IMG/VR virus record: IMGVR_UViG_3300031269_000057
Location: 1-31,555 of that record
DNA: 31,555 nt
Source of the DNA: a virus
Lineage: Duplodnaviria > Caudoviricetes
Reading direction: 5' to 3' (one strand)
Shown here piece by piece: positions 14,685-23,831 of this stretch. A program made the translations under genes and the position numbers. The notes under the pieces are model-generated. The model was given only the letters and a program-made list of their open reading frames with translations. It was not told the DNA's origin and searched no databases. Every line of letters begins with the position of its first letter. The first letter of the stretch is position 1.

Positions 14685-15698
14685 ATGACAAAACCTACAG
14701 TTTATACATGGCTAGACGATAGCGCACCTGTTTATAGCAATACGATGAGTTCATTCATTGCACTGTTACGTGCCTGTTTAGTTGATGGATATGGCACAAA
14801 GGCTGGTGCAGGTTGGAGTATCCCCTTTGAAGATGCAACTAGTTTAATTCTAAAACAAGGCGGCACAAATCCATTAAAACATTGTTTGAAGATATATGAT
14901 TTTGAGGCGAGTACGACTCGTGCTTGCGCATATTATCAAATCGCTCAAGATTACACTGATTTAAACACACCAGTAGATAGTTGGTATGATTCTAGTATAC
15001 TAGACACATATTTAAAATTCCCGAAAGGATATAGTAGTAGCACAGCATATCAGGTTCCGTGGATTATATTAGCCACAAGTCGCGCTGTTTATTTTATGTT
15101 TGGATATAACAATACTGTATCTGGTTCTATACCTGATAAATTCTCAAGTAATAATAGTTTCGAGAGTGGGTATAATTTCAATGGATTCTTTGGGGATTAT
15201 ACACCATATCATGAGTGGAATACTAGAAACACCATGTATGCGTTGGGTTCACCTTCGAGTACATCACCATCATATTTAACGGATTTTATAACTCAGTTAG
15301 GTACATCAGTGAGCAACAAATCGTTTTGTGGAAGCTTGAAGGATAATAGAGTTGCTTATAGTAGAGCGTATTATAATACACTTGTACCCGAATCGAAGGG
15401 TGATAACGGTTACTTAGGATTTAATTTTACACTACCCGCACCAGAAGGGTATAACTCAAAAGATAATCCAGTTGATAATTCATTAAAATTAGATGTGGTT
15501 AGATTGACAAATGAGTTTGCTCTTGTTGGTGAAATGCCCGGCCTTCTATATCATATACATGGTAGATATTTTGATAAAGATAAAACGGATGACATATCAT
15601 TTAAAGGGGTTGGTGGGTATGAAGGTAAGAATATCTACATTGTAAATACATATAATGGTCAGGCATTCATCCATGATGGTGAATGGGGGGTTGAATAA
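14685..15698 (+). CDS. putative virion structural / receptor-binding protein, paralog A
   Basis: 337 aa; PTVYTW.D..APVY...LLRACLVDGYG.KAGAGW N-terminus and GEMPGLLY...DGEWGVE C-terminus shared with the next gene. Confidence 0.7.
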   Translation: MTKPTVYTWLDDSAPVYSNTMSSFIALLRACLVDGYGTKAGAGWSIPFEDATSLILKQGGTNPLKHCLKIYDFEASTTRACAYYQIAQDYTDLNTPVDSWYDSSILDTYLKFPKGYSSSTAYQVPWIILATSRAVYFMFGYNNTVSGSIPDKFSSNNSFESGYNFNGFFGDYTPYHEWNTRNTMYALGSPSSTSPSYLTDFITQLGTSVSNKSFCGSLKDNRVAYSRAYYNTLVPESKGDNGYLGFNFTLPAPEGYNSKDNPVDNSLKLDVVRLTNEFALVGEMPGLLYHIHGRYFDKDKTDDISFKGVGGYEGKNIYIVNTYNGQAFIHDGEWGVE

Positions 15699-15702
15699 TG
15701 TA

Positions 15703-15710
15703 TATAAATA
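15703..15710 (+). promoter_or_regulatory. T4-type late promoter TATAAATA
   Basis: Perfect consensus, intergenic, before a GAGGA RBS. Confidence 0.7.
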
Positions 15711-15740
15711 TAGTTAATTATAGATTAGAGGAATAATTAA

Positions 15741-16742
15741 ATGGCAAGTCCAATAGTATATTCATGGCAAGATGCAAATGCACCTGTATATTTAAAAACT
15801 GCTGCATCTTTTCAGGCACTGCTCACTGCATGTTTGGTTGACGGTTATACAGGTAAAGCAGCGGCTGGATGGAGCAAACCTTTCAGTGATGCTAGTAGTT
15901 TTGTTCTTAAACAAGGCGCAAGTGTAGCTAATCCAACCGCACCACAACAGTGTATAAAGTTATATGATTATCAGGTAACTTCATCACAACCATATTGTAG
16001 TTTTGAGGTGGCTGAAGATTTTACTGACCTTAATACTTCAATCAATCCGTGGGCAGGTAATGAAACAAATGATTGGTTCTCAACCGGATATGCATATACA
16101 ACATCATATGAAGTTCCTTGGATGATTTTTGCAACCAGTCGCGCTGTTTATTTCTGGTTTGGTTATAATACAAGTACGCCATCTGGCTCACCTGTACTAT
16201 TCGACAACACTGCAAGTGCAACAAGGCAATATACCTTCCATGAATTCTTTGGTGATATTGTAACGCCTTACAGTGGGTTCTTATATAACCAGATGATTAC
16301 ATATCATGATGGTTCATCTGAAACTCCTGCTACTGGTAGTAATTCATTAACAGGTGATGATAGCACAGGTTATGAAATCAAACGATGTGCTTCCGTTGGA
16401 TTAAATTCAATTGGGTCTGATATAATCTACTTAAATTATCTAGTTAAAGTTGGATACGCTTTGTCTTATCCCGGTTCTAGCACATACATTGATGGTGTAC
16501 CGAAGTATCCAAATCAGATTGATGGTGGGTTATATCTTGATAAAGTGAGATTAACATCAACAAATGCATACATGGGTGAGTTGCCGGGGCTTTTATATTC
16601 ATTAGGCTCACAGGCATTTAACAAGAACGGTATCATTTATCAAATAGATGGAACGGGTGTTTATGCCGGTGAAACTATATACACATTGAGTGGTTCTGAC
16701 GGTCAACTGTTCTTACGGGATGGTGATTGGGGGGTTGAGTAA
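15741..16742 (+). CDS. putative virion structural / receptor-binding protein, paralog B
   Basis: 333 aa; PIVYSW.D..APVY...LLTACLVDGY.GKAAAGW, VPW.IFATSRAVYF, GELPGLLY...DGDWGVE. Confidence 0.7.
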   Translation: MASPIVYSWQDANAPVYLKTAASFQALLTACLVDGYTGKAAAGWSKPFSDASSFVLKQGASVANPTAPQQCIKLYDYQVTSSQPYCSFEVAEDFTDLNTSINPWAGNETNDWFSTGYAYTTSYEVPWMIFATSRAVYFWFGYNTSTPSGSPVLFDNTASATRQYTFHEFFGDIVTPYSGFLYNQMITYHDGSSETPATGSNSLTGDDSTGYEIKRCASVGLNSIGSDIIYLNYLVKVGYALSYPGSSTYIDGVPKYPNQIDGGLYLDKVRLTSTNAYMGELPGLLYSLGSQAFNKNGIIYQIDGTGVYAGETIYTLSGSDGQLFLRDGDWGVE

Positions 16743-16747
16743 TTTAA

Positions 16748-17683
16748 ATGAGTGACCACGGCTCATCAACAGCAACAGCAACCGATTTATCTACCAACAC
16801 TGGATTCTTTAGTGTTGAGGGCAATTTTTCAGATGGAACTGATTCGGATTATTTTAAGATTACTATATCTGATGCGGTTAATAGACTGGATATATGGTCA
16901 CAGGCATATTTCAACTTCAGTAATTCATCATACGCAATTATCTATGTTGAATTGATTGATATAAACGAAACTGTTATTTCAGGGGAAGTTGCAAGTTATA
17001 CAACATTTTCTCGAATTGAAAGTATTGTTTATGAAAACTTACCAGTAGGTGATTACTGGATAAGATTATATACATCTAGTTTCAGTGGCACAATTCCTAT
17101 TGACTATGTATTGTTTATTGACCTTAGAGAAACACAAACCGAATTAGATAAAGGGATTCGTGATACAAACGCGGTTATTAGTTTAATTGGATTCGATAAT
17201 CCAATCAGTGGTATAGCTGACCCTGTATTAAATGAGATTAATAGTGATGGAATAATCCAGAATGAATTAAACTTTGGAATGAAGGATTATGTAATTTCAG
17301 ATACCGTGTTAATTGATTCGTTGGTATTTGGTTCATGGCCTAGACCAAAGAAACTATACACAGGTATTAGTAAACTATCACAGCCGCTACGAATGAATAA
17401 TTATGGTAGAAGTTTCTCAAGTGATTTAGGTGAGATTCCATCAAGCCCTGTAACAAAAGATTCAAATCCATCTGTTGGAAACCTAATAAGATTGTATGAT
17501 AGGGTGTCAGGTGAGATGGTGGATTATACATATACGGATGCTGCTGGAAATTATTCATTTCCATCCGGTTTAACGGTGGGTGATAAATACTTTATAGTAG
17601 CGTTTGACGATGTGGATGCTCCTACTCTGGAAGCGAAGGTTAATGATTTCATTGACCCACAACCAGCAACATATTCACTGTAA
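16748..17683 (+). CDS. structural protein with N-terminal PPC-like domain and C-terminal beta-sandwich domain
   Basis: DHG.S..TAT.L...G.F...TD.DYFKI...L.VGDYWIRL (PPC-like); C-terminal IRLYDRVSGEMVD.T.TD..GNYSF. Confidence 0.65.
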   Translation: MSDHGSSTATATDLSTNTGFFSVEGNFSDGTDSDYFKITISDAVNRLDIWSQAYFNFSNSSYAIIYVELIDINETVISGEVASYTTFSRIESIVYENLPVGDYWIRLYTSSFSGTIPIDYVLFIDLRETQTELDKGIRDTNAVISLIGFDNPISGIADPVLNEINSDGIIQNELNFGMKDYVISDTVLIDSLVFGSWPRPKKLYTGISKLSQPLRMNNYGRSFSSDLGEIPSSPVTKDSNPSVGNLIRLYDRVSGEMVDYTYTDAAGNYSFPSGLTVGDKYFIVAFDDVDAPTLEAKVNDFIDPQPATYSL

Positions 17684-17705
17684 TTGAAATGGATTTTTAG
17701 TACAG

Positions 17706-17713
17706 TATAAATA
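17706..17713 (+). promoter_or_regulatory. T4-type late promoter TATAAATA
   Basis: Perfect consensus; the 14-mer TATAAATAAGAGAA recurs at 29438. Confidence 0.75.
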
Positions 17714-17796
17714 AGAGAATGGAATAAAGAATAATAAATTACTCAACCAAACAAATATAAGAGTTGGGTATAACTTAATAACAAGAGGATTTATAT

Positions 17797-18234
17797 ATGC
17801 CTAGTGCAACTACTTCAGATTACTTATACAATCAACAGATGGCTTACCTGCTATCTAACACTGCATGGACTGCCCCTGCTGCTATTTGGGTAGCACTGTT
17901 CACCGCATTACCTTCACTGGATGAAACAACAACACCCGGTCAAGAAGTAAATACATCTGGTACTGGTTATGGCCGCGTATCAATTGGTGCTGGTGGTTGG
18001 AGTGGCCCTTCTGGTGTTAACCTTGAATATAACAATACAGGGGATATTCAGTTCGGTACACCTACTGCCAATTGGGGTACTATTGTTGGTGCGGGTTTAT
18101 ATGATTCAGATGCAGGTGGTACAAATAACCTGTTATTCGTAGCATCACTTACAACTTCTAAAGTTGTTAATAACGGCGACGGCGCGCCGAAGATTCTTGC
18201 TGGTCAGTTACGTATAACTCGTGCAACTTGTTAA
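17797..18234 (+). CDS. small virion structural / tail-fibre-associated protein
   Basis: WVALFTA.P....G.EV...GYGRV, I.F..PTANWGTI...GLYD...G.NLL....LT.SK.V..GD, a pattern I recognise from minor tail proteins of diverse phages; GAGGA RBS. Confidence 0.7.
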   Translation: MPSATTSDYLYNQQMAYLLSNTAWTAPAAIWVALFTALPSLDETTTPGQEVNTSGTGYGRVSIGAGGWSGPSGVNLEYNNTGDIQFGTPTANWGTIVGAGLYDSDAGGTNNLLFVASLTTSKVVNNGDGAPKILAGQLRITRATC

Positions 18235-18259
18235 TTTATAACAAGTTTTAATAATCCAC

Positions 18260-18288
18260 TTGACGTAAACAATGGTGACATATATAAT
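18260..18288 (+). promoter_or_regulatory. sigma70-type promoter of the Hef-like endonuclease
   Basis: TTGACG (18260-18265), 17-bp spacer, TATAAT (18283-18288). Confidence 0.75.
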
Positions 18289-18314
18289 AATATAAATTTG
18301 TCACCATTGTTTAC
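18265..18314. repeat. perfect 16-bp inverted repeat with 18-bp spacer
   Basis: GTAAACAATGGTGACA (18265-18280) and TGTCACCATTGTTTAC (18299-18314). Confidence 0.95.
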
Positions 18315-18330
18315 TCTATGAGGTTGTGTT

Positions 18331-19716
18331 ATGTCGAAGCTGGATTTGTTTCATGATGAGATTGTTAATGATTACTTAAATGAAGGTTTGGGTATGAGAA
18401 ATCTTGAGAGTAAATATGGTATTAACCGTAAATATATTTCAAGTCACTTCAAGAAACATAATGTGCCAATCAAAAAACATGGATTTATTGCTCCACACAT
18501 TCAAGAAAAACTAGACAATAAAGAGTGGATGGTAGATGCATATGGTAAAACCAAATCATATCAAGGGATAGCTGATTCATTAGGTATCACTAAACAATGT
18601 GTTGGCAAATATATTAAGAAGCACAATATTACAGTTGACAATACTAATTGGAATGATAATAAAGAATTAATTTCAGTTGACGATGTGATGTATGAGAGTG
18701 AATTCCATTATAAATCTTTAGTGGATTATAAACACGTTCCAACTCATGTTAACCTAAAAAACCGTGATTGGTTATTAAACCTATATAAAGAATACATGAA
18801 CATTGGTATCATTTCACGTTTAATTAATGTGTCATATCCAACTGTACAAAACGCGTTACATTATCATAACATACCAATTGTTAAATCGGGTAATACCAGT
18901 TTAAATGAAAGGCGGTTAATTGATGTGTTGTCAGAATTCAATCCAGTACAATCTTATAAATTAGATGGTATTGAATTAGATATTTACTTCCCTGAACATA
19001 ATGTTGCAGTTGAGATAAATGGATATAAGTTTCATAGTGAATTGGCTGGCTCTAAAGGTCGTCAATACCATCAATCTAAGTATGAAGTATGCAAGAAACA
19101 TGGTATCCATTTATATCAATTTTGGGATGAGGAAGTAAACCAGAAATTCAACCTTATCATTAATATGATTAAGGCTAAATGTGGGGTTTCTACAGCTATA
19201 CATGGTAGGAAAACAGTTGTTAGAGAAGTAGACAATTGTAATGAATTCTTAAATGAGAATCACGTTCAAGGTTCATGTAATTACTCATATGCGTATGGAT
19301 TGTTTTATGAAGATGAATTGGTTGCTGTAATGACATTTATCAAATCACGTAACCACCAATATGATTATGAACTGAATAGATTTTGTGTAAAACAGGGGTA
19401 TAGAGTTGTTGGTGGATTCAGTAAATTACTAAAACACACCCCCGAAGGTGTACTTGTTAGTTATTCTGATTGTAGATACTCTGATGGTAATGTTTATAAA
19501 CAGAATGGTTTTAGGTTAACTCGAATCAATGACCCGATATATTACTACACGAAAGATTATAAATCTATTGAAAGTAGAATGAAGTATCAGAAATCGAGAA
19601 TCGCCGTAAAACATCCACAATTATTTGATATAAATAAAACTGAATGGGAAATAATGCAAGAACTTAAATATGACCGTATATGGTCATGTAAAACATATAC
19701 ATGGGTTTTAAAATAA
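18331..19716 (+). CDS. Hef-like free-standing homing endonuclease (Vsr/DUF559-type nuclease core with N-terminal HTH repeats)
   Basis: ELDIYFPE.NVAVEING..FHS, GIHL.QFW.EE, I.GRKT.VREV, FLNENH.QG, LVAVMTF, ELNRFC, GGFSKLL, SYSD.RYS.G.VY...GF; basic protein among acidic structural genes. Confidence 0.85.
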   Translation: MSKLDLFHDEIVNDYLNEGLGMRNLESKYGINRKYISSHFKKHNVPIKKHGFIAPHIQEKLDNKEWMVDAYGKTKSYQGIADSLGITKQCVGKYIKKHNITVDNTNWNDNKELISVDDVMYESEFHYKSLVDYKHVPTHVNLKNRDWLLNLYKEYMNIGIISRLINVSYPTVQNALHYHNIPIVKSGNTSLNERRLIDVLSEFNPVQSYKLDGIELDIYFPEHNVAVEINGYKFHSELAGSKGRQYHQSKYEVCKKHGIHLYQFWDEEVNQKFNLIINMIKAKCGVSTAIHGRKTVVREVDNCNEFLNENHVQGSCNYSYAYGLFYEDELVAVMTFIKSRNHQYDYELNRFCVKQGYRVVGGFSKLLKHTPEGVLVSYSDCRYSDGNVYKQNGFRLTRINDPIYYYTKDYKSIESRMKYQKSRIAVKHPQLFDINKTEWEIMQELKYDRIWSCKTYTWVLK

Positions 19717-21492
19717 ATGCCGGGATTAAAACAATCACAACTTAATGCAGTACCTTCAGCCTTCTGGACTTTCGATTCGGATAGAACAGGATTGAATGGT
19801 AATGCTATTGTCGATGAACAAGGCAACCAAAACCCATTAGTCGTTAATGGTGACGATTATTTACTTGAGCAGATTTCTTTAAATCCTATTGAAGTTGTAG
19901 ACCAATACGCTTGTACAGTTGGTTGGCAACAATTAGTTGATGGTGGCTGGCCTGAGTGTCACTTTGAGGCTGCTCACTCATCTTCATTTAACTTCCCTGT
20001 ACTTGGTTCATTCTCAGTAGAAATGCTTTATTATAAAGATAAGGCTGATATGATACGCTTGAGTGGTGAACCGGGTTATCGCAGTAATATCGTTACACCA
20101 CTAATCCTTAAAGGTTCTGTATTAAATATAAGCACTGTAGATTCATGGTATACCACTGACTACTTAGATATTACAGTAGTTGGTAGAAATATCAGAGTAT
20201 ATGAGGATACCAATCTAGGTATCAATATATTTGAAAGTACAAACCACTTAATCGTTTCATATGATGTAACTCAGATTGATGTAAACGAATATCAATCTGT
20301 TATTAATGTGTATATAAATGGTCGTTTAGTTGGTCAGGATAGTGAGAATCATTTTGATAATTATCCAAATACAGTAACTAATGATTCATGGTTTATTGCG
20401 GGTAATGGTGGCCCAAATGCAGAGACTGACTTTGCAACTGAAACACTTAAACTTGACCAAATTGCTGTATACAATTATGGCATAGAAGAAAGTCAAGTGA
20501 GTTACCATTACACACGAACAAAACATTATGATACTTTAATTAAAAATGATGCACCCTTTCGTTACTGGCGAATGAATGAATTATTCGTACCCGGTGATAA
20601 TACAATGTACGCTGAGATTGGTGGTTTAGATGGTATCTATTATGGAAGCGTTTCAAATTATTTCCCCGGCCCTGATAAACTAGTCGAATCACATTCAACT
20701 AAATTCAATAACACAGGTAATGCGGTTATCAATCGTGAACTGTCAGGTAGATACTACCCTGTTATTGATATTTCTGACCCATATACAATTGAATTCTGGT
20801 TTAAATGTAATTCATATAATCGTGGTACATTGCTACATTGTGTTGAGGATGACCCTAATTGGAATGGCCTTATAATTTGGTTGAACAGTAAGAGCGGTAT
20901 CCATGCTCCCGGTAATATAGAAGTCACTGAAAACACAACCACTAGAATTTCTTCACGTGATACTGACCCTGCAACATCTGAACGTGAGAACTGGAATGAT
21001 GGTGTGTGGCATCACTTAGTCGTTGTGCGCGATTCAGTTAACTTAAAACTATACATTGATGGTGAATTAAACGCTCAAGGTACATATGCGTTATCACCTT
21101 CAAATGATAAACCTTCTCAACTTCATTTAATGAACACAGGGCCGGGTGAATATCAAGTATTAGGTGAAATGTGTGAGTTGGTTCAGTATGAATATGCACT
21201 AGAACCACTACAAATTCAAAGTCGTTGGATGTTTACAACTCGTTATAAAGTAGAAGGGTTTACCCTACTGCAAGGTGTTCCTGTTGAGGCAACTGTTCGT
21301 TTTTATAATCACATTACGGGTGAACTTGATGGTGAAGTCACAAGTAGTGGAGCTACGGGTGAGTATAAATATTATCCACCAACCAGTAGATATTTAGATG
21401 TATTATCATTTATTCCTGATAACAATACAACAAGATACAGGGTACATGGCCCGGTTAAACCTGCTGAATACGATGACAACCATTTAATCTAA
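19717..21492 (+). CDS. LamG / concanavalin A-like lectin domain virion protein
   Basis: Two LamG-like units (FSVEM...NHLIVSYD...VYINGRLV...LDQIAVYNY and YWRMNE...TIEFWFK...NDGVWHHLVVVRD...LKLYIDG) plus the shared C-terminal beta-sandwich domain. Confidence 0.85.
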   Translation: MPGLKQSQLNAVPSAFWTFDSDRTGLNGNAIVDEQGNQNPLVVNGDDYLLEQISLNPIEVVDQYACTVGWQQLVDGGWPECHFEAAHSSSFNFPVLGSFSVEMLYYKDKADMIRLSGEPGYRSNIVTPLILKGSVLNISTVDSWYTTDYLDITVVGRNIRVYEDTNLGINIFESTNHLIVSYDVTQIDVNEYQSVINVYINGRLVGQDSENHFDNYPNTVTNDSWFIAGNGGPNAETDFATETLKLDQIAVYNYGIEESQVSYHYTRTKHYDTLIKNDAPFRYWRMNELFVPGDNTMYAEIGGLDGIYYGSVSNYFPGPDKLVESHSTKFNNTGNAVINRELSGRYYPVIDISDPYTIEFWFKCNSYNRGTLLHCVEDDPNWNGLIIWLNSKSGIHAPGNIEVTENTTTRISSRDTDPATSERENWNDGVWHHLVVVRDSVNLKLYIDGELNAQGTYALSPSNDKPSQLHLMNTGPGEYQVLGEMCELVQYEYALEPLQIQSRWMFTTRYKVEGFTLLQGVPVEATVRFYNHITGELDGEVTSSGATGEYKYYPPTSRYLDVLSFIPDNNTTRYRVHGPVKPAEYDDNHLI

Positions 21493-21533
21493 GAGGGGAA
21501 TTAATAATGGTTCTCCTTCTGAAGGAAAATTAA

Positions 21534-23831
21534 ATGGCTGATTCTCCTATCAATCCAACATCATACACATTTGTATTTGATTCAGCTACTGATGAAATAA
21601 TCATAGTTGACAATTATACGTTCGCGTGGTCAACGGTTGAAGAAGCAACGGGTGTTACTAACTTCAATCTATTTGATTGTGGTACACCCTCACCCAATTT
21701 CAATCTCAAATCATGTGATTATGTTTCACCTATTATGCCTCGCATTGATGCATATAGTGGCCAAACATGTAATGCTATTCTAGCATCATTTTTCAATATG
21801 GATGTTTCACAATATCAAGGTGCATATCTTGATTGTGTGCTTACTGTCAATCCTGTTGATGAAATGGAAGGTGATGCATACAGTGGTCAAACAGCCGATG
21901 CCGATTTACTTACCGTTTCTTTTTTCCGTGACTGTGATGCATATCATGGTGCATACAGTGATTCAGATTTAGAGATATATCCACCGGCTGAATTAGAAAC
22001 TGACAACTATTCTGGTCAAACGGCTGATGCTGATTTATCCGTAATCGTTGTTTTGCCTGTTGATGGTTATCATGGTGCATACAGTGATTCAGATTTAGAG
22101 ATATTCCCATCCGCTGCATTGCCTGTTGATGGTTATCATGGTGCTACATCTGAATTGGACGATATTTTAGTTCCGTGGGGATTAGGTGCATATCATGGTT
22201 CATATTCTGATGCTGATTTAACTGATTCACCAAGTGAAGGTTTAGGTAACACTGATGCATATCACGGTGCTACAGGTGAGGGCGATATTGCGCCTACATT
22301 TGCGCTATCTGCTGACGCTTACAGCGGTGAATATGCATATGGTACACAACTAGCAACATCAACTACATTTAACGCTGATGCGTATCATGGGTGGTTTAGT
22401 GATACTGAGTTAACTGAAGTGTTGGGTGAAGAACTACCACTTGATGCATATCACGGTGGGTATGGTTCAGGTGATACACTTGCTGTAACAGTGGCGTTAT
22501 TCTCACGTAATTACTTTGGTCAAACTGCTACCGTAGACATTGAACTTCATCCAGCGATTGAAATGACCTTGGATGTATATCACGGTGCAAGTGTTAATAT
22601 CCCTGTTCTTGATGAATTAAACTGGAACACCCTTGCATATCACGGTGCAACTACTACTTTTGATTTAGCGTTAGAATTAAATCTACCTGCTGATGCATAT
22701 CATGGTGCAATTGCTAATATCCCATTCCTGAACTATACAGCAAACTTACCTGCTGATGCATATCATGGTTCACATGCATATCTTAATGATATTTCTGTAC
22801 CTGAAGGTGAAGGGTTAGAAGCGAATGCATATCATGGTTCATATTCTGAATCTGATTCAGCTATTCCAATTTACCCAATATTAACACCACATCCAATTGT
22901 TGCTGGTTTAGCGTTATATGATGCTGACCATAATCACAATCATTGTGACCGTGCTGGTTTCGTTGACCATTTATATGGCGATAACGTGATTCGTTGGGAT
23001 TGGGATGACTTTAGATTAGGGTTAGATAGTTTAGATTTTGAGTTTGCGGATACTCGTTTAAAAACAAATTGGAATCCATGTGATTCTGTTGTAACTGTAT
23101 GTGATGTTGAATTACGTACACAACCACGACTACAGGCTGAAGCATACTCTGGTGAGAGTATGTTTCCATACCTTCCAATGAAGATTTATGATTTTGGTGT
23201 GATTGAGTTTGAAAATCCATCAACACTAAACTTCATTAACTTTGAGCCTATATTCTGGACTAAGTTCTGTCATGGTTACATACGCCCTAATGGTGAGGCT
23301 GTAATATTTGATTTCGATTCAATAGATAACACAGGGTGTGATGGTAAATATTACATGGAACATGGTTCTAATGCTGTATTTGAATTATCAGTAGAACAAT
23401 CATTATATCCAGAAATGATTCATGCAAGTTCGCGCCTAGAACCAGTTCCATTAACGTTTGAGGGCATCTGGTTATTATATGCTCATGGTGGTGAACATTT
23501 ATCAATGGCTAGTAATGTTGATTTCACTTTCGATTTCCACGATGGCATGTATGCACAAACTAAGTTTTACGATGAGCCTTGGTATGGATATGGTGGTTCA
23601 CATTGTGCAATTGATACATTAACTGTTACGGGTGCGGCTGTTGCATGGGTAACTGAGGCTGACATTTGCTTACCAAATGAATATATACCTTTAACTGAGG
23701 ATGGTGATTTGGATTACGATGCTCTTGACCCTGATAACGATGGAATTAGAGATTTGCCTGAAGTTGCTGTTGAAGAACACTCATTCTATTTCCCACTATT
23801 TGCACATTGTGTTGCATATGAGGCTGAGTAA
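21534..23831 (+). CDS. acidic repeat-containing structural protein (putative fibre or scaffold)
   Basis: 765 aa with about 18 tandem repeats of roughly 20-23 aa centred on (D)AY(H/S)G; exact 37-bp DNA repeat at 21942-21978 and 22068-22104. Confidence 0.75.
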   Translation: MADSPINPTSYTFVFDSATDEIIIVDNYTFAWSTVEEATGVTNFNLFDCGTPSPNFNLKSCDYVSPIMPRIDAYSGQTCNAILASFFNMDVSQYQGAYLDCVLTVNPVDEMEGDAYSGQTADADLLTVSFFRDCDAYHGAYSDSDLEIYPPAELETDNYSGQTADADLSVIVVLPVDGYHGAYSDSDLEIFPSAALPVDGYHGATSELDDILVPWGLGAYHGSYSDADLTDSPSEGLGNTDAYHGATGEGDIAPTFALSADAYSGEYAYGTQLATSTTFNADAYHGWFSDTELTEVLGEELPLDAYHGGYGSGDTLAVTVALFSRNYFGQTATVDIELHPAIEMTLDVYHGASVNIPVLDELNWNTLAYHGATTTFDLALELNLPADAYHGAIANIPFLNYTANLPADAYHGSHAYLNDISVPEGEGLEANAYHGSYSESDSAIPIYPILTPHPIVAGLALYDADHNHNHCDRAGFVDHLYGDNVIRWDWDDFRLGLDSLDFEFADTRLKTNWNPCDSVVTVCDVELRTQPRLQAEAYSGESMFPYLPMKIYDFGVIEFENPSTLNFINFEPIFWTKFCHGYIRPNGEAVIFDFDSIDNTGCDGKYYMEHGSNAVFELSVEQSLYPEMIHASSRLEPVPLTFEGIWLLYAHGGEHLSMASNVDFTFDFHDGMYAQTKFYDEPWYGYGGSHCAIDTLTVTGAAVAWVTEADICLPNEYIPLTEDGDLDYDALDPDNDGIRDLPEVAVEEHSFYFPLFAHCVAYEAE

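Noticed and set aside
14685-16742. Diversity-generating retroelement TR/VR pair
   Set aside because: Similarity is at the protein level with differences at all base types; no adenine-specific near-identical repeat and no reverse transcriptase in the window
18235-19716. Intron or intein hosting the Hef-like endonuclease
   Set aside because: Neighbouring genes have their own starts and stops, the endonuclease stop directly abuts the next ATG, and no splice-core or intein motifs are seen
21910-22119. Minus-strand ORF with repeated ISLNLNHCMHHD
   Set aside because: Antisense reflection of the 37-bp duplication inside the repeat protein
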